Source: an uncultured Zetaproteobacteria bacterium (GTDB lineage: Bacteria > Pseudomonadota > Zetaproteobacteria > Mariprofundales > Mariprofundaceae). Taken from it: 64,000 nt of DNA. The notes below the pieces were generated by a model. The model had not been told where the DNA came from, did not search any database, and saw only the letters and a program-made list of their open reading frames with translations. The translations under genes and the position numbers were made by a program. Position 1 is the first letter of the stretch. Every line of letters begins with the position of its first letter. Positions 45,456 to 56,975 of the stretch are shown here, one piece after another. Where the stretch lies: contig CAYWFG010000008.1 in assembly GCA_964458185.1 (NCBI GenBank), positions 2,843-66,842 of the forward strand, in the 5' to 3' direction.

Positions 45456-46784
45456 TTAACGACTCTTAAGCCGAGCTTTCTTCATCAAACCTTCATACTG
45501 ATGGCTCATCAAATGCGCCTGAATTTGTGACATGGTATCCATCGTTACCACGACCACAATCAACAGGCTTGTACCACCAAAGTAAAAGGGAACCGATAAT
45601 TTGCTGATCAAAATTTCTGGCAGCAGGCACACTAACGATACATAAAGCGCACCAACCACAGTAATCCTAGTCAACACATCATCAATATACTTGGCTGTTT
45701 TTTGCCCTGGTTTAATACCAGGAATAAAACCACCATTCTTCTTCAAGTTATCGGCTGTTTCCTTCGGATTGAAAACAATGGCAGTATAGAAGAAGCAAAA
45801 GAAGACAATAAGCCCAACAAACAAACTCAAGTACAACCATTGCCCAGGAGCCATCAGTGCTGCCACATCAGCAAGCCACTCCATCCCTTCTACTTCTTTG
45901 GTAAATTGCGCAAAAGTTGCTGGCAATAATATTAAGCTAGAAGCAAAAATAGGCGGAATAACACCTGCAGTATTAACTTTTAAAGGCAAGAATGAACTTT
46001 GCCCACCATATTGACGATTACCCACCTGCCGCTTGGCATACTGCACGGTAATTCGTCGCTGCGCTCGTTCAAACCAAACAACCACAGCAGTAACAGCAAC
46101 CGCCATCAAGAACAAAGCAAGCACCAAAAACGGTGAGTATTCACCCGTACTGGCTAATTCTAGCGTACCAAAAATAGCAGACGGCAAACCCGCGACAATA
46201 CCTGCAAAAATAATCAGTGAAATACCATTACCAATACCACGCTCGGTAATCTGCTCGCCCAACCACATCAGAAATACTGTACCACTGACCAAGGTCACAA
46301 CGGTAATAAAACGAAACATTAAACCAGGATCAACAACCACCGATTGACCATTAACCTGAAAAGTTTCTAATCCATAAGACATGCCAATACCCTGAAAAAT
46401 TGCCAAGCCAACCGTACCGTAACGGGTATATTGGGTGATTTTACGTCGACCTGCCTCACCTTCTTTCTTGAGTTGTTCAAGTTTTGGCGATACCACAGTC
46501 ATTAACTGAATAATAATAGCAGCAGAGATATAGGGCATGATACCAAGGGCAAAGATCGTCAGGCGAGACAATGCTCCACCTGAAAACATATCAAACATGC
46601 CGAGCAGGCTGCCTTTGGCTTCACTAAAAAATTGTGCCAAGACATGCGCATCAATACCTGGAACTGGAATATGCGCACCCAAGCGGTAGACAATAAGCAT
46701 GCCTAACACAAACAGAATGCGTGCTTTCAGCTCAGGAATCTTGCCAATATTGCCAAGACCACCCACGGCTGATACTTGATTCAT
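45456..46784 (-). CDS. secY: preprotein translocase subunit SecY
   Basis: 442 aa, 10 TM helices, position after rplO. Confidence 0.95.
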   Translation of the reverse strand: MNQVSAVGGLGNIGKIPELKARILFVLGMLIVYRLGAHIPVPGIDAHVLAQFFSEAKGSLLGMFDMFSGGALSRLTIFALGIMPYISAAIIIQLMTVVSPKLEQLKKEGEAGRRKITQYTRYGTVGLAIFQGIGMSYGLETFQVNGQSVVVDPGLMFRFITVVTLVSGTVFLMWLGEQITERGIGNGISLIIFAGIVAGLPSAIFGTLELASTGEYSPFLVLALFLMAVAVTAVVVWFERAQRRITVQYAKRQVGNRQYGGQSSFLPLKVNTAGVIPPIFASSLILLPATFAQFTKEVEGMEWLADVAALMAPGQWLYLSLFVGLIVFFCFFYTAIVFNPKETADNLKKNGGFIPGIKPGQKTAKYIDDVLTRITVVGALYVSLVCLLPEILISKLSVPFYFGGTSLLIVVVVTMDTMSQIQAHLMSHQYEGLMKKARLKSR

Positions 46785-46786
46785 GC

Positions 46787-47236
46787 TTATTCCGCTCCAG
46801 CCAAACGAATAGAACCACCTGCAGCCTCAACCTTCGCCGCAGCAGCCTTAGAAACAGCGGTAACACAAATTTCTAATTTAACAGCAAGCTCACCTGTTGC
46901 CAACAGCTTCACAGGCAAAGCAGCATTGCCAATCAGTCCAGTCTTCAATAACATATCAGCATCAACCACGCTATCAGCGTCAAAGCTAGCCAACTGTTTA
47001 ACATTTACTAACTGAAAAACGGCCTTGTTTCTTGAGGTGAAACCACGCTTAGGAAGACGACGAATCAAAGGCATTTGACCACCTTCAAAACCGCGCATTA
47101 CTTTACCGCCAGTACGAGACTTTTGCCCTTTGTGACCGCGCCCGCCTGTTTTTCCTTGACCACTGGCGACACCACAGCCAAGACGTTGACGTTCACGACG
47201 TGATCCAGCGGTTGCCTGAATTGAATTCAACTTCAT
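46787..47236 (-). CDS. rplO: 50S ribosomal protein L15
   Basis: Start trimmed to [26 protein letters not shown] motif. Confidence 0.9.
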   Translation of the reverse strand: MKLNSIQATAGSRRERQRLGCGVASGQGKTGGRGHKGQKSRTGGKVMRGFEGGQMPLIRRLPKRGFTSRNKAVFQLVNVKQLASFDADSVVDADMLLKTGLIGNAALPVKLLATGELAVKLEICVTAVSKAAAAKVEAAGGSIRLAGAE

Positions 47237-47326
47237 TTTTATTCCCTTCCAAGTATTGTATGGGATGTCATCAACCATACAAATGTTATAATGCATACTG
47301 AAACGGCAATAAAATGCCGCGATCAA

Positions 47327-47512
47327 TCAGCCGACAATTTGAACCAAATGAGGGATTGTATTCACCATGCCACGAATAGATGGTGTATCTTCCAGCTCAA
47401 CTTCTTGATGCATACGACGCATACCCAGCCCACGCAAGCAAGCCTTTTGTTTTTTATTGTACCCGATTCCGCTCTTTATTTGGCGAACCCGAATGGTTTT
47501 TTTTTCGCTCAT
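47327..47512 (-). CDS. rpmD: 50S ribosomal protein L30
   Basis: 61 aa, [11 protein letters not shown]. Confidence 0.9.
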   Translation of the reverse strand: MSEKKTIRVRQIKSGIGYNKKQKACLRGLGMRRMHQEVELEDTPSIRGMVNTIPHLVQIVG

Positions 47513-47534
47513 GAAATTCCCCAGCGTTTAAAAA

Positions 47535-47560
47535 CTTATGAGGGCAAATGCCCTCATAAG
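47535..47560 (-). terminator. terminator-like hairpin inside the spc operon (between rpsE and rpmD)
   Basis: On the minus strand, CTTATGAGGGC-ATTT-GCCCTCATAAG (perfect 11-bp stem) followed by TTTTTAAAC. Confidence 0.45.
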
Positions 47561-47564
47561 TCAA

Positions 47565-48041
47565 TTATGATTTAGCCCGACGCGCAGCAACTTGGTCAGG
47601 ACTTTCTAATGTCTTTAAGCCATCAAAGGTAGCACGAACCACATTAATTTCGTTGCGAGAGCCGTGCATCTTCGTTAATACATCACGAATGCCTACGGCA
47701 TCCAATACTGCACGAACTGCCGACCCTGCAATCACACCTGTACCTTCACTGGCAGGTTTTAACAATACCCGTGATGCATCTTGACGACCCGTAACAGGAA
47801 AATAAATAGTACCACCTTTGCGTGGCACAAAAATCAACGATTTACGCGCAATTTCTGTGGCTTTACGAATGGCTTCAGGGACTTCTTTAGCTTTGGCATG
47901 ACCAAAACCTACATGACCATTACCATCGCCAACAACCATAAGAGCGGAAAAGCCCATGCGACGACCACCCGCAACAGTTTTGGCAACACGGTTGATGCCA
48001 ATCAATTTTTCAGTCAGATCTAATTCATCTGCGTTGATCAT
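47565..48041 (-). CDS. rpsE: 30S ribosomal protein S5
   Basis: [27 protein letters not shown]. Confidence 0.95.
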   Translation of the reverse strand: MINADELDLTEKLIGINRVAKTVAGGRRMGFSALMVVGDGNGHVGFGHAKAKEVPEAIRKATEIARKSLIFVPRKGGTIYFPVTGRQDASRVLLKPASEGTGVIAGSAVRAVLDAVGIRDVLTKMHGSRNEINVVRATFDGLKTLESPDQVAARRAKS

Positions 48042-48053
48042 TGTCTATAGCTC

Positions 48054-48407
48054 CTAAAACTTCAAGCCAGCAGAACGTGCGCCTTCGGCAAAGGCCTTGA
48101 CACGTCCGTGGTAACGAAAAGAACCACGGTCAAATGCAACCTGCTCCACACCAGCGGCTTGTGCACGCTCTGCGAGCAGTTTGCCGACAGCTTCAGCAGC
48201 AGCACAGTTAGAGCCACTGGTAATATCACCATCGAGACTCGAAGCTGCAGCAAGTGTCTCACCCTTGGCATCATCAATAATTTGCCCATAAATATGGCGT
48301 GCAGAGCGAAATACGCTCAAACGCAACATACCTGAGGCCTTAACCCGTGAACGCACACGACGCGCACGACGAATTCCTGCATTGTTTTCATAACGCTTAG
48401 CAGACAT
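48054..48407 (-). CDS. rplR: 50S ribosomal protein L18
   Basis: 117 aa, [18 protein letters not shown]. Confidence 0.95.
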   Translation of the reverse strand: MSAKRYENNAGIRRARRVRSRVKASGMLRLSVFRSARHIYGQIIDDAKGETLAAASSLDGDITSGSNCAAAEAVGKLLAERAQAAGVEQVAFDRGSFRYHGRVKAFAEGARSAGLKF

Positions 48408-48416
48408 GTTATCCCC

Positions 48417-48950
48417 TTACGCCCTTTTGCCTTCTTTCATCACAACACGCTCATCCATATAACGTACCCCTTTACCTTTGTATGGCTCTGGAGGACGGAA
48501 GGCGCGCACTTCAGCAGCGACTTGACCTACTTTTTGTTTGTCATAGCCAGAAATGGTTATCTTTGTTTGCTCAACATTTGCATCAACACCTTCGGGTAAT
48601 ACATACTCAATAGGGTGCGAAAAACCAAGCGCAAGAACCAGTTTTCGTCCTTGTAATTGCGCACGATAACCAACGCCACGCAATTCTAAAACTTTACTAA
48701 ACCCTTGACTCACGCCAATCATATTGTTGGCAATCAATGAACGTACAAGACCAAATAAAGCATTGTTTTTCTTCGTTTTCACATCAGTGCAAGAAACGCG
48801 CAACACTGCGCCTTCTTGATCAACAGAAATGGTAGGAAACAAGGGTGACACCATGCTTCCCTTAGAACCCTTTACTGTTACTTGATCTGCTTCAATGTTG
48901 ACTGACACACCAGCAGGAATATCAATAGGTTGTTTACCAATACGTGACAT
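48417..48950 (-). CDS. rplF: 50S ribosomal protein L6
   Basis: MSRIGKQPIDIPAGV. Confidence 0.95.
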   Translation of the reverse strand: MSRIGKQPIDIPAGVSVNIEADQVTVKGSKGSMVSPLFPTISVDQEGAVLRVSCTDVKTKKNNALFGLVRSLIANNMIGVSQGFSKVLELRGVGYRAQLQGRKLVLALGFSHPIEYVLPEGVDANVEQTKITISGYDKQKVGQVAAEVRAFRPPEPYKGKGVRYMDERVVMKEGKRA

Positions 48951-48958
48951 ACGCTACC

Positions 48959-49354
48959 TCAAAAGACCGTACAAAGGACTTCGCCGCCAATATTGGCCTG
49001 ACGTGCCTTTTTATCTGTCATCATGCCTTTGGATGTACTCACAACGGCAATACCATAACCATTTTTTACACGCGGAAGGGTTGTTGCATTACAATAAACC
49101 CGACGACCAGGTTTCGATACGCGAGTAATCTCACGAATAACCCCGCGACCTTCATCATCAAACTTAAGAATCAAGCGAATGTATCGGCGACCTTTATAGT
49201 TATAAGGCTTTGCACCAACCACATACCCTTCTTCTTTTAGAATGGTTGCAATGGCAATCAAGGTGCGACTTGCACCCATTTCAATTTTTTCAATACCTGC
49301 TTGCTGTGCGTTACGAATACGTGTCAGCAAATCGGCAATTGGATCTGTCATCAT
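48959..49354 (-). CDS. rpsH: 30S ribosomal protein S8
   Basis: DPIADLLTRIRNA. Confidence 0.95.
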   Translation of the reverse strand: MMTDPIADLLTRIRNAQQAGIEKIEMGASRTLIAIATILKEEGYVVGAKPYNYKGRRYIRLILKFDDEGRGVIREITRVSKPGRRVYCNATTLPRVKNGYGIAVVSTSKGMMTDKKARQANIGGEVLCTVF

Positions 49355-49376
49355 ATCACTATCTCCTTATTGCCCA

Positions 49377-49562
49377 TCACCAACTTGATTTAACCATGCC
49401 CGGAATCTCACCTGCAAGCGCATGCTTACGCAGGCAAATTCTGCACATACCCAACTTACGGTACACAGAATGAGGACGACCACACAATTGGCAGCGCGTA
49501 TAACGACGCACTTTAAACTTTGGTGTACGCGCAGCTTTCGCAATCAACGCTTTCGTAGCCAT
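49377..49562 (-). CDS. rpsN: 30S ribosomal protein S14, short zinc-binding (type Z) form
   Basis: 61 aa, [20 protein letters not shown]. Confidence 0.95.
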   Translation of the reverse strand: MATKALIAKAARTPKFKVRRYTRCQLCGRPHSVYRKLGMCRICLRKHALAGEIPGMVKSSW

Positions 49563-49571
49563 ACTAAGCTC

Positions 49572-50111
49572 CTAAGAACGGAACGGCATATTGAAGCATT
49601 TCAACAGCGCGCGTCCTTCGTCATTGGTGTTGGCAGACGTACAAATGGTAATATCCATACCACGAACTTTATCCACCTTGTCATATTCAATTTCAGGGAA
49701 AATAATTTGTTCTTTTAAACCCAGCGTATAGTTTCCACGTCCGTCAAAAGACTTCGGCGAGACACCACGAAAATCACGAATGCGAGGCAGGGCAACATTA
49801 ACCAAGCGGTCAAAGAACTCCCACATTTTTTCCCCACGCAATGTCACCCGACAACCGACCGACATACCTTCGCGCAACTTAAAGTTAGCAATCGACTTCT
49901 TTGACTTGGTAACAATGGGTTTTTGCCCAGTTATTGCTGCCATATCAGCCGTTGCACCATCAAGAAGCTTGGCGTTTGCCGAGGCCTCACCCACACCCAT
50001 ATTCACTACAATTTTAGTAATTTGAGGAACTTGCATGGGGTTTTTATAACCAAATGCTTTGGTGAGTTCAGGTGCTACACGCGACTTGTAATCATCCTTT
50101 AAACGAGCCAT
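49572..50111 (-). CDS. rplE: 50S ribosomal protein L5
   Basis: [12 protein letters not shown], 179 aa. Confidence 0.95.
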   Translation of the reverse strand: MARLKDDYKSRVAPELTKAFGYKNPMQVPQITKIVVNMGVGEASANAKLLDGATADMAAITGQKPIVTKSKKSIANFKLREGMSVGCRVTLRGEKMWEFFDRLVNVALPRIRDFRGVSPKSFDGRGNYTLGLKEQIIFPEIEYDKVDKVRGMDITICTSANTNDEGRALLKCFNMPFRS

Positions 50112-50123
50112 CTTGTATAACCC

Positions 50124-50453
50124 CTACCGATCCTGAACTTCGCCACATTTGCGGCAACGACGTACTTTACGTCCGTCTTCTAACATCTTCACGCCCAATC
50201 GAACGCCTGATTGGCAATTCGGGCAAAAGTATTGCACATTAGACAATGCAATAGGGGCTTCTTTTTCTAAGATTCCACCATTACTGTTCGCTGATTGGCG
50301 GGTATGGCGTTTCACCATATTCACTTTAGAAATCAATACACGACCAGATGTTGGCAGTATTTTGATTACTTTTCCTCGCAATCCACGATCTCGTCCAGCA
50401 ATCACCGTCACCTCATCGTCACGGCGAATGCGAGTTTTCACTTCGGCAACCAT
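50124..50453 (-). CDS. rplX: 50S ribosomal protein L24 with a C-terminal CxxC...CxxC quartet
   Basis: [19 protein letters not shown] motif. GAAGGAG lies 7 nt before ATG 50453. C-terminus is FCPNCQ...RCRKCGE. Confidence 0.9.
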   Translation of the reverse strand: MVAEVKTRIRRDDEVTVIAGRDRGLRGKVIKILPTSGRVLISKVNMVKRHTRQSANSNGGILEKEAPIALSNVQYFCPNCQSGVRLGVKMLEDGRKVRRCRKCGEVQDR

Positions 50454-50469
50454 TTCCATACTCCTTCGC

Positions 50470-50838
50470 TTACAATACTTCAGGGGCAAGAGAAATAATT
50501 CTCATGTATCCCTTGTTACGAAGTTCTCTTGTTACTGGACCAAAAATACGTGTGCCAATGGGTTCGCCCTGCTTACTTAGCAGCACCGCTGCATTTTCAT
50601 CAAAGCGAATGGAGCTGCCATCAGGACGACGAAATTCTTTGGCTGTACGAACGACAACAGCACGTTGAACTTCACCTTTCTTTACCTTGCCATTGGGGGC
50701 AGCTTCTTTTACTGCCACCACAATCACATCACCCACACTGGCATAACGACGTTTTGAACCGCCAAGCACTTTAATACAAGCAACTTTTCTTGCGCCAGAA
50801 TTATCTGCAACTTGCAATACTGTTTCAGTTTGAATCAT
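50470..50838 (-). CDS. rplN: 50S ribosomal protein L14
   Basis: [18 protein letters not shown]. Confidence 0.95.
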   Translation of the reverse strand: MIQTETVLQVADNSGARKVACIKVLGGSKRRYASVGDVIVVAVKEAAPNGKVKKGEVQRAVVVRTAKEFRRPDGSSIRFDENAAVLLSKQGEPIGTRIFGPVTRELRNKGYMRIISLAPEVL

Positions 50839-50849
50839 AAATCACCGCC

Positions 50850-51116
50850 TCACAGTTGGTCAGCGCGGGTAATGATATCAATCATTGCCCACCGTTTGCG
50901 ACGTGAAATAGGCGTGGATTCAATAATGCGTACGGTATCACCGATATTGCAATCATTGCTTTCATCATGTGCCATATATTTTTTATGCGAGCGAACGGTT
51001 TTGCGGTAACGCGGGTGCAAAAAAGTACGCTCAACACGCACAACGATTGTTTTATCGCCTTTATTGCTAACAACCACGCCTTCCAGCTTACGTTTATTAC
51101 TCTTAACTTCAGACAT
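50850..51116 (-). CDS. rpsQ: 30S ribosomal protein S17
   Basis: 88 aa, [18 protein letters not shown]. Confidence 0.95.
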   Translation of the reverse strand: MSEVKSNKRKLEGVVVSNKGDKTIVVRVERTFLHPRYRKTVRSHKKYMAHDESNDCNIGDTVRIIESTPISRRKRWAMIDIITRADQL

Positions 51117-51125
51117 GCTCTACCT

Positions 51126-51314
51126 CTAACTACGGCGTTCAGACATGATCGTCTGAATACGGGCAATATCACGCTTCACTTGACCAATGCGTGCGGTGTT
51201 TGTGATCTGAACCGTTGCTTTTTGAAAGCGAAGTTTTAAATGCTCTGCTGCCAATTCTTCAAGCTGTTCTTGCAGTTCAGCTTCTTTTTTATTCCGCAAA
51301 TCAGATGCTTTCAT
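51126..51314 (-). CDS. rpmC: 50S ribosomal protein L29
   Basis: 62 aa, [14 protein letters not shown]. Confidence 0.9.
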   Translation of the reverse strand: MKASDLRNKKEAELQEQLEELAAEHLKLRFQKATVQITNTARIGQVKRDIARIQTIMSERRS

Positions 51315-51733
51315 CGCCCAACTCCGCGCATAACAATTTTAGTGCGAATAGGTAATTTCGCAGCAGCACGCTCTAATGCGCCCCGCGCCAAATCTTCATC
51401 AACACCGTCCATCTCATACAAAATGCGTCCAGCTTTTACTGCTGCCACCCAGAATTCTGGTGAGCCTTTACCGCTGCCCATTCGGACTTCAGCAGGTTTT
51501 TTGGACACAGGAAGATCAGGAAACATACGAATCCAGATACGTCCTTGACGTTTAATGTGACGGGTCATGGCAACACGGGCAGCTTCAATTTGACGCGCCG
51601 TAATGCGACCAGGTTCCATGGCTTTTAGCCCAATTTCACCAAAATTAAGCGACGCGCCACGTGGTGATTTACCACGGATACGTTGCAATTCTTTATGGTG
51701 TTTGCGCCAGCGAATTTTCTTTGGTTGTAACAT
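51311..51733 (-). CDS. rplP: 50S ribosomal protein L16
   Basis: [14 protein letters not shown]. Confidence 0.95.
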   Translation of the reverse strand: MLQPKKIRWRKHHKELQRIRGKSPRGASLNFGEIGLKAMEPGRITARQIEAARVAMTRHIKRQGRIWIRMFPDLPVSKKPAEVRMGSGKGSPEFWVAAVKAGRILYEMDGVDEDLARGALERAAAKLPIRTKIVMRGVGR

Positions 51734-51754
51734 AACTACTCGGCCTTCCGTCAG

Positions 51755-52405
51755 CTATTTCTTATTTTGGGCATCATCACCCAGCTTTTCGCCGTTGAAT
51801 ACCCATACTTTAACACCAACAATACCGTAGGTCGTCTTGGCTTCTGAAAAACCATAACCAATATCCGCCCGCAATGTATGCAGCGGAACACGTCCCTCAC
51901 GGTACCATTCCATGCGTGCAATATCTGCACCGCCCAATCGACCCGAGCAATTAATACGCACACCCTTAGCACCCATGCGCATAGCACCTTGAACCGCACG
52001 TTTCATCGCGCGACGGTAAGAGATACGACGCTCAAGCTGCATGGCAATATTTTCTGCCACCAGTTGTGCTTCTGCTTCAGGACGACGCACTTCAACAATG
52101 TAAATTTGAACATCGCGTGCTGTGCGACGGATCAATTCACGGCGAAGTGCCTCAATTTCAGAACCTTTTTTACCAATCACTACGCCAGGTCTTGCCGTAT
52201 GAACACTGATTTTAATTTTATCAGTCGGACGCTCAATCACAATACGCGATACATGCGCGTGTTTCAAGCGAGCTTTCACATAGGTGCGAAGTTCAATATC
52301 TTGGCGCAATTGCGCGCCAAAATTCTTTTCAGCATACCAGACTGATTCCCAGCCGCGACTGATTCCAACCCTGAAACCAAGTGGGTGTACTTTCTGCCCC
52401 ATCAA
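51755..52405 (-). CDS. rpsC: 30S ribosomal protein S3
   Basis: [14 protein letters not shown]. The start is probably the second Met, at 52402. Confidence 0.95.
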   Translation of the reverse strand: MMGQKVHPLGFRVGISRGWESVWYAEKNFGAQLRQDIELRTYVKARLKHAHVSRIVIERPTDKIKISVHTARPGVVIGKKGSEIEALRRELIRRTARDVQIYIVEVRRPEAEAQLVAENIAMQLERRISYRRAMKRAVQGAMRMGAKGVRINCSGRLGGADIARMEWYREGRVPLHTLRADIGYGFSEAKTTYGIVGVKVWVFNGEKLGDDAQNKK

Positions 52406-52414
52406 CGAACTCCC

Positions 52415-52756
52415 TTAACTAACTTGACGAACAGCAATCAATACATGACTGCGGCGGTGAAAACGTTTGCGCATTCTGCCCATACCTTTAGGGCGGAAAC
52501 GCTTTAAGGTCTGGCCTTCATCAACAGTAGCCGTTGATACAATCAAATGATCTACATCAAGATCATTGTTTTGCTCAGCATTGGCAATCGCTGACTTCAG
52601 AACTTTTTCAACAATTCTAGCCGCTTTCTTTGGCGATAATTCTAACACCGCCAAAGCACGGCTAACTGGCAACCCACGAACAGCGTCTGCAATCAGGCGC
52701 ACTTTCTGAGCACTCATCTGTGCGTCTCTATGCAGAGCGCGTACTTCTTCGCTCAT
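52415..52756 (-). CDS. rplV: 50S ribosomal protein L22
   Basis: 113 aa, SAQKVRLIADAVRG. Confidence 0.95.
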   Translation of the reverse strand: MSEEVRALHRDAQMSAQKVRLIADAVRGLPVSRALAVLELSPKKAARIVEKVLKSAIANAEQNNDLDVDHLIVSTATVDEGQTLKRFRPKGMGRMRKRFHRRSHVLIAVRQVS

Positions 52757-52762
52757 TTCATG

Positions 52763-53044
52763 CTACCTCTTCTTTCTCGCTTTTTTATCAGCACCGTGAC
52801 CATAATAGGTTCGCGTTGGTGAAAATTCGCCAAGCTTATGACCGACCATATTTTCTGTAACAAATACAGGAATAAATTTATTGCCGTTATGCACAGCAAA
52901 ATTCAAACCTACAAACTCAGGCGTAATGGTAGAACGACGTGACCATGTTTTAAGTACTGTCTTTTTACCTTCAGCCACATAACGAGACACCTTTTTTTGC
53001 AAAGATGGCTCAATATAAGCGCCTTTTTTAAGCGAACGTGCCAT
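52763..53044 (-). CDS. rpsS: 30S ribosomal protein S19
   Basis: [11 protein letters not shown]...[10 protein letters not shown]. Confidence 0.95.
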   Translation of the reverse strand: MARSLKKGAYIEPSLQKKVSRYVAEGKKTVLKTWSRRSTITPEFVGLNFAVHNGNKFIPVFVTENMVGHKLGEFSPTRTYYGHGADKKARKKR

Positions 53045-53053
53045 GATCTATCC

Positions 53054-53884
53054 TCACTTCTGGTTCCTACGGCGAACAATGTCACGACTGGAAGCCTTAT
53101 TCTTCTTGCGTGTTTTATGACCCTTCGTTGGCACACCCCAAGGTGTCACTGGGTGACGACCACCTGAAGTACGCCCTTCACCACCACCATGCGGATGGTC
53201 AACAGGGTTCATTGCCACACCACGAACGTGGGGGCGCACACCCTGCCAGCGTGAACGGCCAGCTTTACCTACCTTAGCATTCGAATGGTCAGCGTTTCCA
53301 ACAACACCGATCGAAGCCATGCAGCGAATATCAACACGTCTAAATTCACCAGATGGAAGTTTAAGAATGGCTTTACCGCCTTCTTTACCCATCAATTGAA
53401 TGCCAGCACCTGCGCTACGAGCCATTTGCCCGCCTTTACCCGGTTTCATTTCAATATTGTGCAGCATAGTACCCACACGAATATTGCTGATCGGCAGCGC
53501 ATTGCCAGGCTTGATCTCTGCATCTCCCCCTGCCATCACTGCATCACCAGCACGCAGACCTTGCGGGGCAAGAATATAACGCTTATCGCCATTACTGAAA
53601 ATAACAAGGGCAATATGCGAAGTACGATTAGGATCATACTCAAGGCGCGACACTATACCTTCAATTCCGTGATTGTCACGTTTAAAATCAACATCACGCA
53701 ATAAACGCTTGTGTCCACCACCAATATGACGTGCTGTCATGCGACCGTTATTGTTACGACCACCTGTTTTGGTGGCACCGCGTGTTAACGACTTTAATGG
53801 ACCACCCTTGTGCAACTCTGGTGTTACTGCCGCAACACGACCGCGAGAACCATTAGTATTGGGCTTTAATGCTTTCAATGCCAT
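53054..53884 (-). CDS. rplB: 50S ribosomal protein L2
   Basis: 276 aa, [16 protein letters not shown]. Confidence 0.95.
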   Translation of the reverse strand: MALKALKPNTNGSRGRVAAVTPELHKGGPLKSLTRGATKTGGRNNNGRMTARHIGGGHKRLLRDVDFKRDNHGIEGIVSRLEYDPNRTSHIALVIFSNGDKRYILAPQGLRAGDAVMAGGDAEIKPGNALPISNIRVGTMLHNIEMKPGKGGQMARSAGAGIQLMGKEGGKAILKLPSGEFRRVDIRCMASIGVVGNADHSNAKVGKAGRSRWQGVRPHVRGVAMNPVDHPHGGGEGRTSGGRHPVTPWGVPTKGHKTRKKNKASSRDIVRRRNQK

Positions 53885-53887
53885 GAT

Positions 53888-54187
53888 TTATGCCTCTTCT
53901 TCTGGATCAATAGATTGACCTTCAACAAGACGAACAACCGCTTTGCGGTAACCAGGGCGTTTACCCACATGCGCACCACGTCGACGTTCTTTACCTGGAA
54001 TGGTAATCACCTGAATCTTTTCTACTTGAACTTCAAAAATAGTTTGCACAGCTTGTTTCACATCAGCCTTAGTGGCACGATTAGAAATTTTAAACACATA
54101 TTGATTATTTTCTGCTTTCGCACCATAGCTTTTTTCTGTAATTACAGGAGAAAGCAGGGTATTCATGTCTTTGTAGTTTGCACTCAT
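53888..54187 (-). CDS. rplW: 50S ribosomal protein L23
   Basis: 99 aa, LLSPVITEKS. Confidence 0.9.
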   Translation of the reverse strand: MSANYKDMNTLLSPVITEKSYGAKAENNQYVFKISNRATKADVKQAVQTIFEVQVEKIQVITIPGKERRRGAHVGKRPGYRKAVVRLVEGQSIDPEEEA

Positions 54188-54807
54188 GACAGATTCCCCT
54201 CAATTTTTTCCAGTGCAGATTCAGTCAATACAACACGATCAAACTTCATCAAGTCATGCAGGTTTACCTGACCATCAAGCACCACTTTAACACCCACCAA
54301 ATTGCGCGAAGACAATTCGATTTCACGGGTAAGTTCGCTTACAACATACAATGCCGAAGGCGTTGCCAAGGCTGTGGTCACTTCAACAAACGACTTAGTT
54401 TTAACAATCGGTAAATCTAACGTGTTTAGCACCGTGATACGTTCATTGCGAAGCGCATCAGACAACACCATACGCACAGCCAAACGACGTTCTTTACGAT
54501 TCACACGACTGGCAAAAGATGATTCCCCTTTAGGGCCATGTGCTACGCCACCATGCCGCCATTGTGCAGAACGGGTAGAACCTTGCCGCGCACGACCTGT
54601 TCCTTTTTGTTTCCATGGTTTTCTACCACCACCTGAAACATCACCGCGTGTTTTACTCTTCGCTGTGCCTGCACGTTGTGCCAAGGCAAGTGATGCATAA
54701 ACACGATGGACATAACCTGTATCCAAATCAATATCAAACACGGCTGCATTTAATGCACGGCTGCCAACCACTTCATTTTTTTGGTTGACGATATTAATGT
54801 CTGCCAT
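54184..54807 (-). CDS. rplD: 50S ribosomal protein L4
   Basis: 207 aa, GGGRKPWKQKGTGRARQGS. Confidence 0.95.
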   Translation of the reverse strand: MADINIVNQKNEVVGSRALNAAVFDIDLDTGYVHRVYASLALAQRAGTAKSKTRGDVSGGGRKPWKQKGTGRARQGSTRSAQWRHGGVAHGPKGESSFASRVNRKERRLAVRMVLSDALRNERITVLNTLDLPIVKTKSFVEVTTALATPSALYVVSELTREIELSSRNLVGVKVVLDGQVNLHDLMKFDRVVLTESALEKIEGNLS

Positions 54808-54808
54808 A

Positions 54809-55438
54809 TTACGCTCCCTTCACAGCAGGGCGAATTTCAATCAGGCCTTGCTTCGCACCAGGTACTGCGCCGCGCACTAAAATGCGATTCTGCTCAGCAT
54901 CAACACGAACAACCTCAAGATTTTGCACCGTAGCCCGCACAGCACCATGATGACCCGGCATTTTCTTACCTGGGAATACACGACCTGGCCATTGGCATTG
55001 ACCTGTTGAACCCATTTGACGATGCGTTTTTTCTGCACCATGGGTTGCACGACCACCAGCAAAACCATAGCGTTTCATCACACCAGTAAAACCACGACCT
55101 TTCGATGTGCCAGAGACATCAACTTTTTGCCCAGCTTCAAACATGGTCGCATCTAACACTTGACCCAATGTAAACTCAGCATTCGCAGCGATGCGAAATT
55201 CTTTCATCGCACCCATTTCTTCTTGCCCTTGCTTGGCATAATGACCTTGCACGGCACGGCTAGAGCCTTTGCGTGCATCACCATAACCAACTTGAACGGC
55301 ATCATAACCATCACGGTCAGCAGTTCTTCGTGCAATCACTTTGCACGTTTCAATTTTTAATACAGTGACAGGAACTGCAGAACCATCTTCTGCAAAAACT
55401 TGCGTCATTCCCGCCTTACGGGCGATCAAACCACACAT
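54809..55438 (-). CDS. rplC: 50S ribosomal protein L3
   Basis: GLIARKAGMTQVF...GKGFTGVMKR. Confidence 0.95.
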   Translation of the reverse strand: MCGLIARKAGMTQVFAEDGSAVPVTVLKIETCKVIARRTADRDGYDAVQVGYGDARKGSSRAVQGHYAKQGQEEMGAMKEFRIAANAEFTLGQVLDATMFEAGQKVDVSGTSKGRGFTGVMKRYGFAGGRATHGAEKTHRQMGSTGQCQWPGRVFPGKKMPGHHGAVRATVQNLEVVRVDAEQNRILVRGAVPGAKQGLIEIRPAVKGA

Positions 55439-55450
55439 GATGTTCTCCTG

Positions 55451-55759
55451 CTACAGCTTGATTTCGACATCGACACCTGATGGAAGATTTAACTTCATCA
55501 GGGCATCCACCGTTTGAGGGGTAGGACGGTCAATATCAAGCAAGCGTTTATGGGTACGAATCTCGAATTGTTCACGAGAATCTTTGTATTTATGCGGTGA
55601 ACGAATCACGCAAAATTTACGAATGCGGGTGGGGATGGGAATAGGCCCACGAACCACTGCGCCCGTACGTTTAGCCGTCGCGACAATATCTTCAGCACTC
55701 TTATCAAGAATGCGATGATCAAATGCCTTCAGGCGAATTCGGATACTTTGAGTTGCCAT
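55451..55759 (-). CDS. rpsJ: 30S ribosomal protein S10
   Basis: [14 protein letters not shown]. Confidence 0.95.
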   Translation of the reverse strand: MATQSIRIRLKAFDHRILDKSAEDIVATAKRTGAVVRGPIPIPTRIRKFCVIRSPHKYKDSREQFEIRTHKRLLDIDRPTPQTVDALMKLNLPSGVDVEIKL

Positions 55760-55774
55760 ATGAAATCGGCTCCT

Positions 55775-56965
55775 TTATTCGCTAATCTCAGTTACAACGC
55801 CAGCGCCCACTGTGCGGCCGCCTTCACGAATCGCAAAACGCAATTCTTTATCCATCGCAATCGGTGTAATCAAGGTGACATCCATTGATACATTATCACC
55901 AGGCATTACCATTTCTGTACCTTCAGGTAAGGTAACAGAACCTGTTACATCGGTGGTACGGAAATAAAACTGTGGGCGATAACCATTAAAGAATGGGGTA
56001 TGACGACCGCCTTCTTCTTTGGTCAAGATATACGCTTCAGCTTTAAATTTGGTGTGCGGGTTGATTGAACCCGGTTTTGCCAATACTTGACCGCGCTCAA
56101 CATCTTCACGTTTCGTGCCGCGCAATAATGCACCGATATTGTCGCCTGCTTCACCACGATCTAGCAGCTTGCGGAACATTTCCACGCCTGTACAAATCGT
56201 TTTAGTGGTATCACGGATGCCAACAATTTCAATTTCTTCGCCGACAGTCACAACGCCTTGCTCAACACGCCCTGTTACCACAGTGCCACGACCAGAGATA
56301 GAAAACACGTCTTCAATTGGCATCAAAAACGGACGATCAATCGGACGATCTGGCGTGGGGATAAAGCTATCCACCGCTTCCATCAATTTGTGAATAGCAG
56401 GCGCACCAATATCAGAAGTATCACCCTCTAACGCTTTAAGTGCAGAACCGATAATTACAGGGGTATCGTCACCAGGGAAATCGTAAGAATCAAGTAGCTC
56501 ACGGACTTCCATTTCTACCAATTCCAGCAATTCATCATCATCCACCATGTCTGCTTTGTTCAAGAAGACAACCAAATGAGGAACGTTTACCTGACGCGCT
56601 AACAATACATGTTCACGGGTTTGTGGCATGGGACCATCAGCTGCCGAAACAACCAAGATACCGCCGTCCATCTGCGCTGCACCCGTAATCATATTTTTTA
56701 CATAATCAGCATGCCCTGGGCAATCTACATGGGCATAATGACGGGCTTTTGTTTCGTATTCAACGTGGGCTGTCGCAATGGTAATACCGCGTTCACGCTC
56801 TTCAGGTGCGCCATCAATATCGCCATAATCTTTAAATTCTGCCAACCCTTCTGCTGCCAACACCTTAGTGATAGCAGCCGTTAATGTTGTTTTACCGTGA
56901 TCAACGTGACCAATAGTGCCAATGTTGACGTGCGGCTTGGTACGCTCAAATTTTTCTTTTGACAT
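55775..56965 (-). CDS. tuf: elongation factor Tu
   Basis: 396 aa, [21 protein letters not shown]. Confidence 0.97.
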   Translation of the reverse strand: MSKEKFERTKPHVNIGTIGHVDHGKTTLTAAITKVLAAEGLAEFKDYGDIDGAPEERERGITIATAHVEYETKARHYAHVDCPGHADYVKNMITGAAQMDGGILVVSAADGPMPQTREHVLLARQVNVPHLVVFLNKADMVDDDELLELVEMEVRELLDSYDFPGDDTPVIIGSALKALEGDTSDIGAPAIHKLMEAVDSFIPTPDRPIDRPFLMPIEDVFSISGRGTVVTGRVEQGVVTVGEEIEIVGIRDTTKTICTGVEMFRKLLDRGEAGDNIGALLRGTKREDVERGQVLAKPGSINPHTKFKAEAYILTKEEGGRHTPFFNGYRPQFYFRTTDVTGSVTLPEGTEMVMPGDNVSMDVTLITPIAMDKELRFAIREGGRTVGAGVVTEISE

Positions 56966-56975
56966 GAATAAACTC

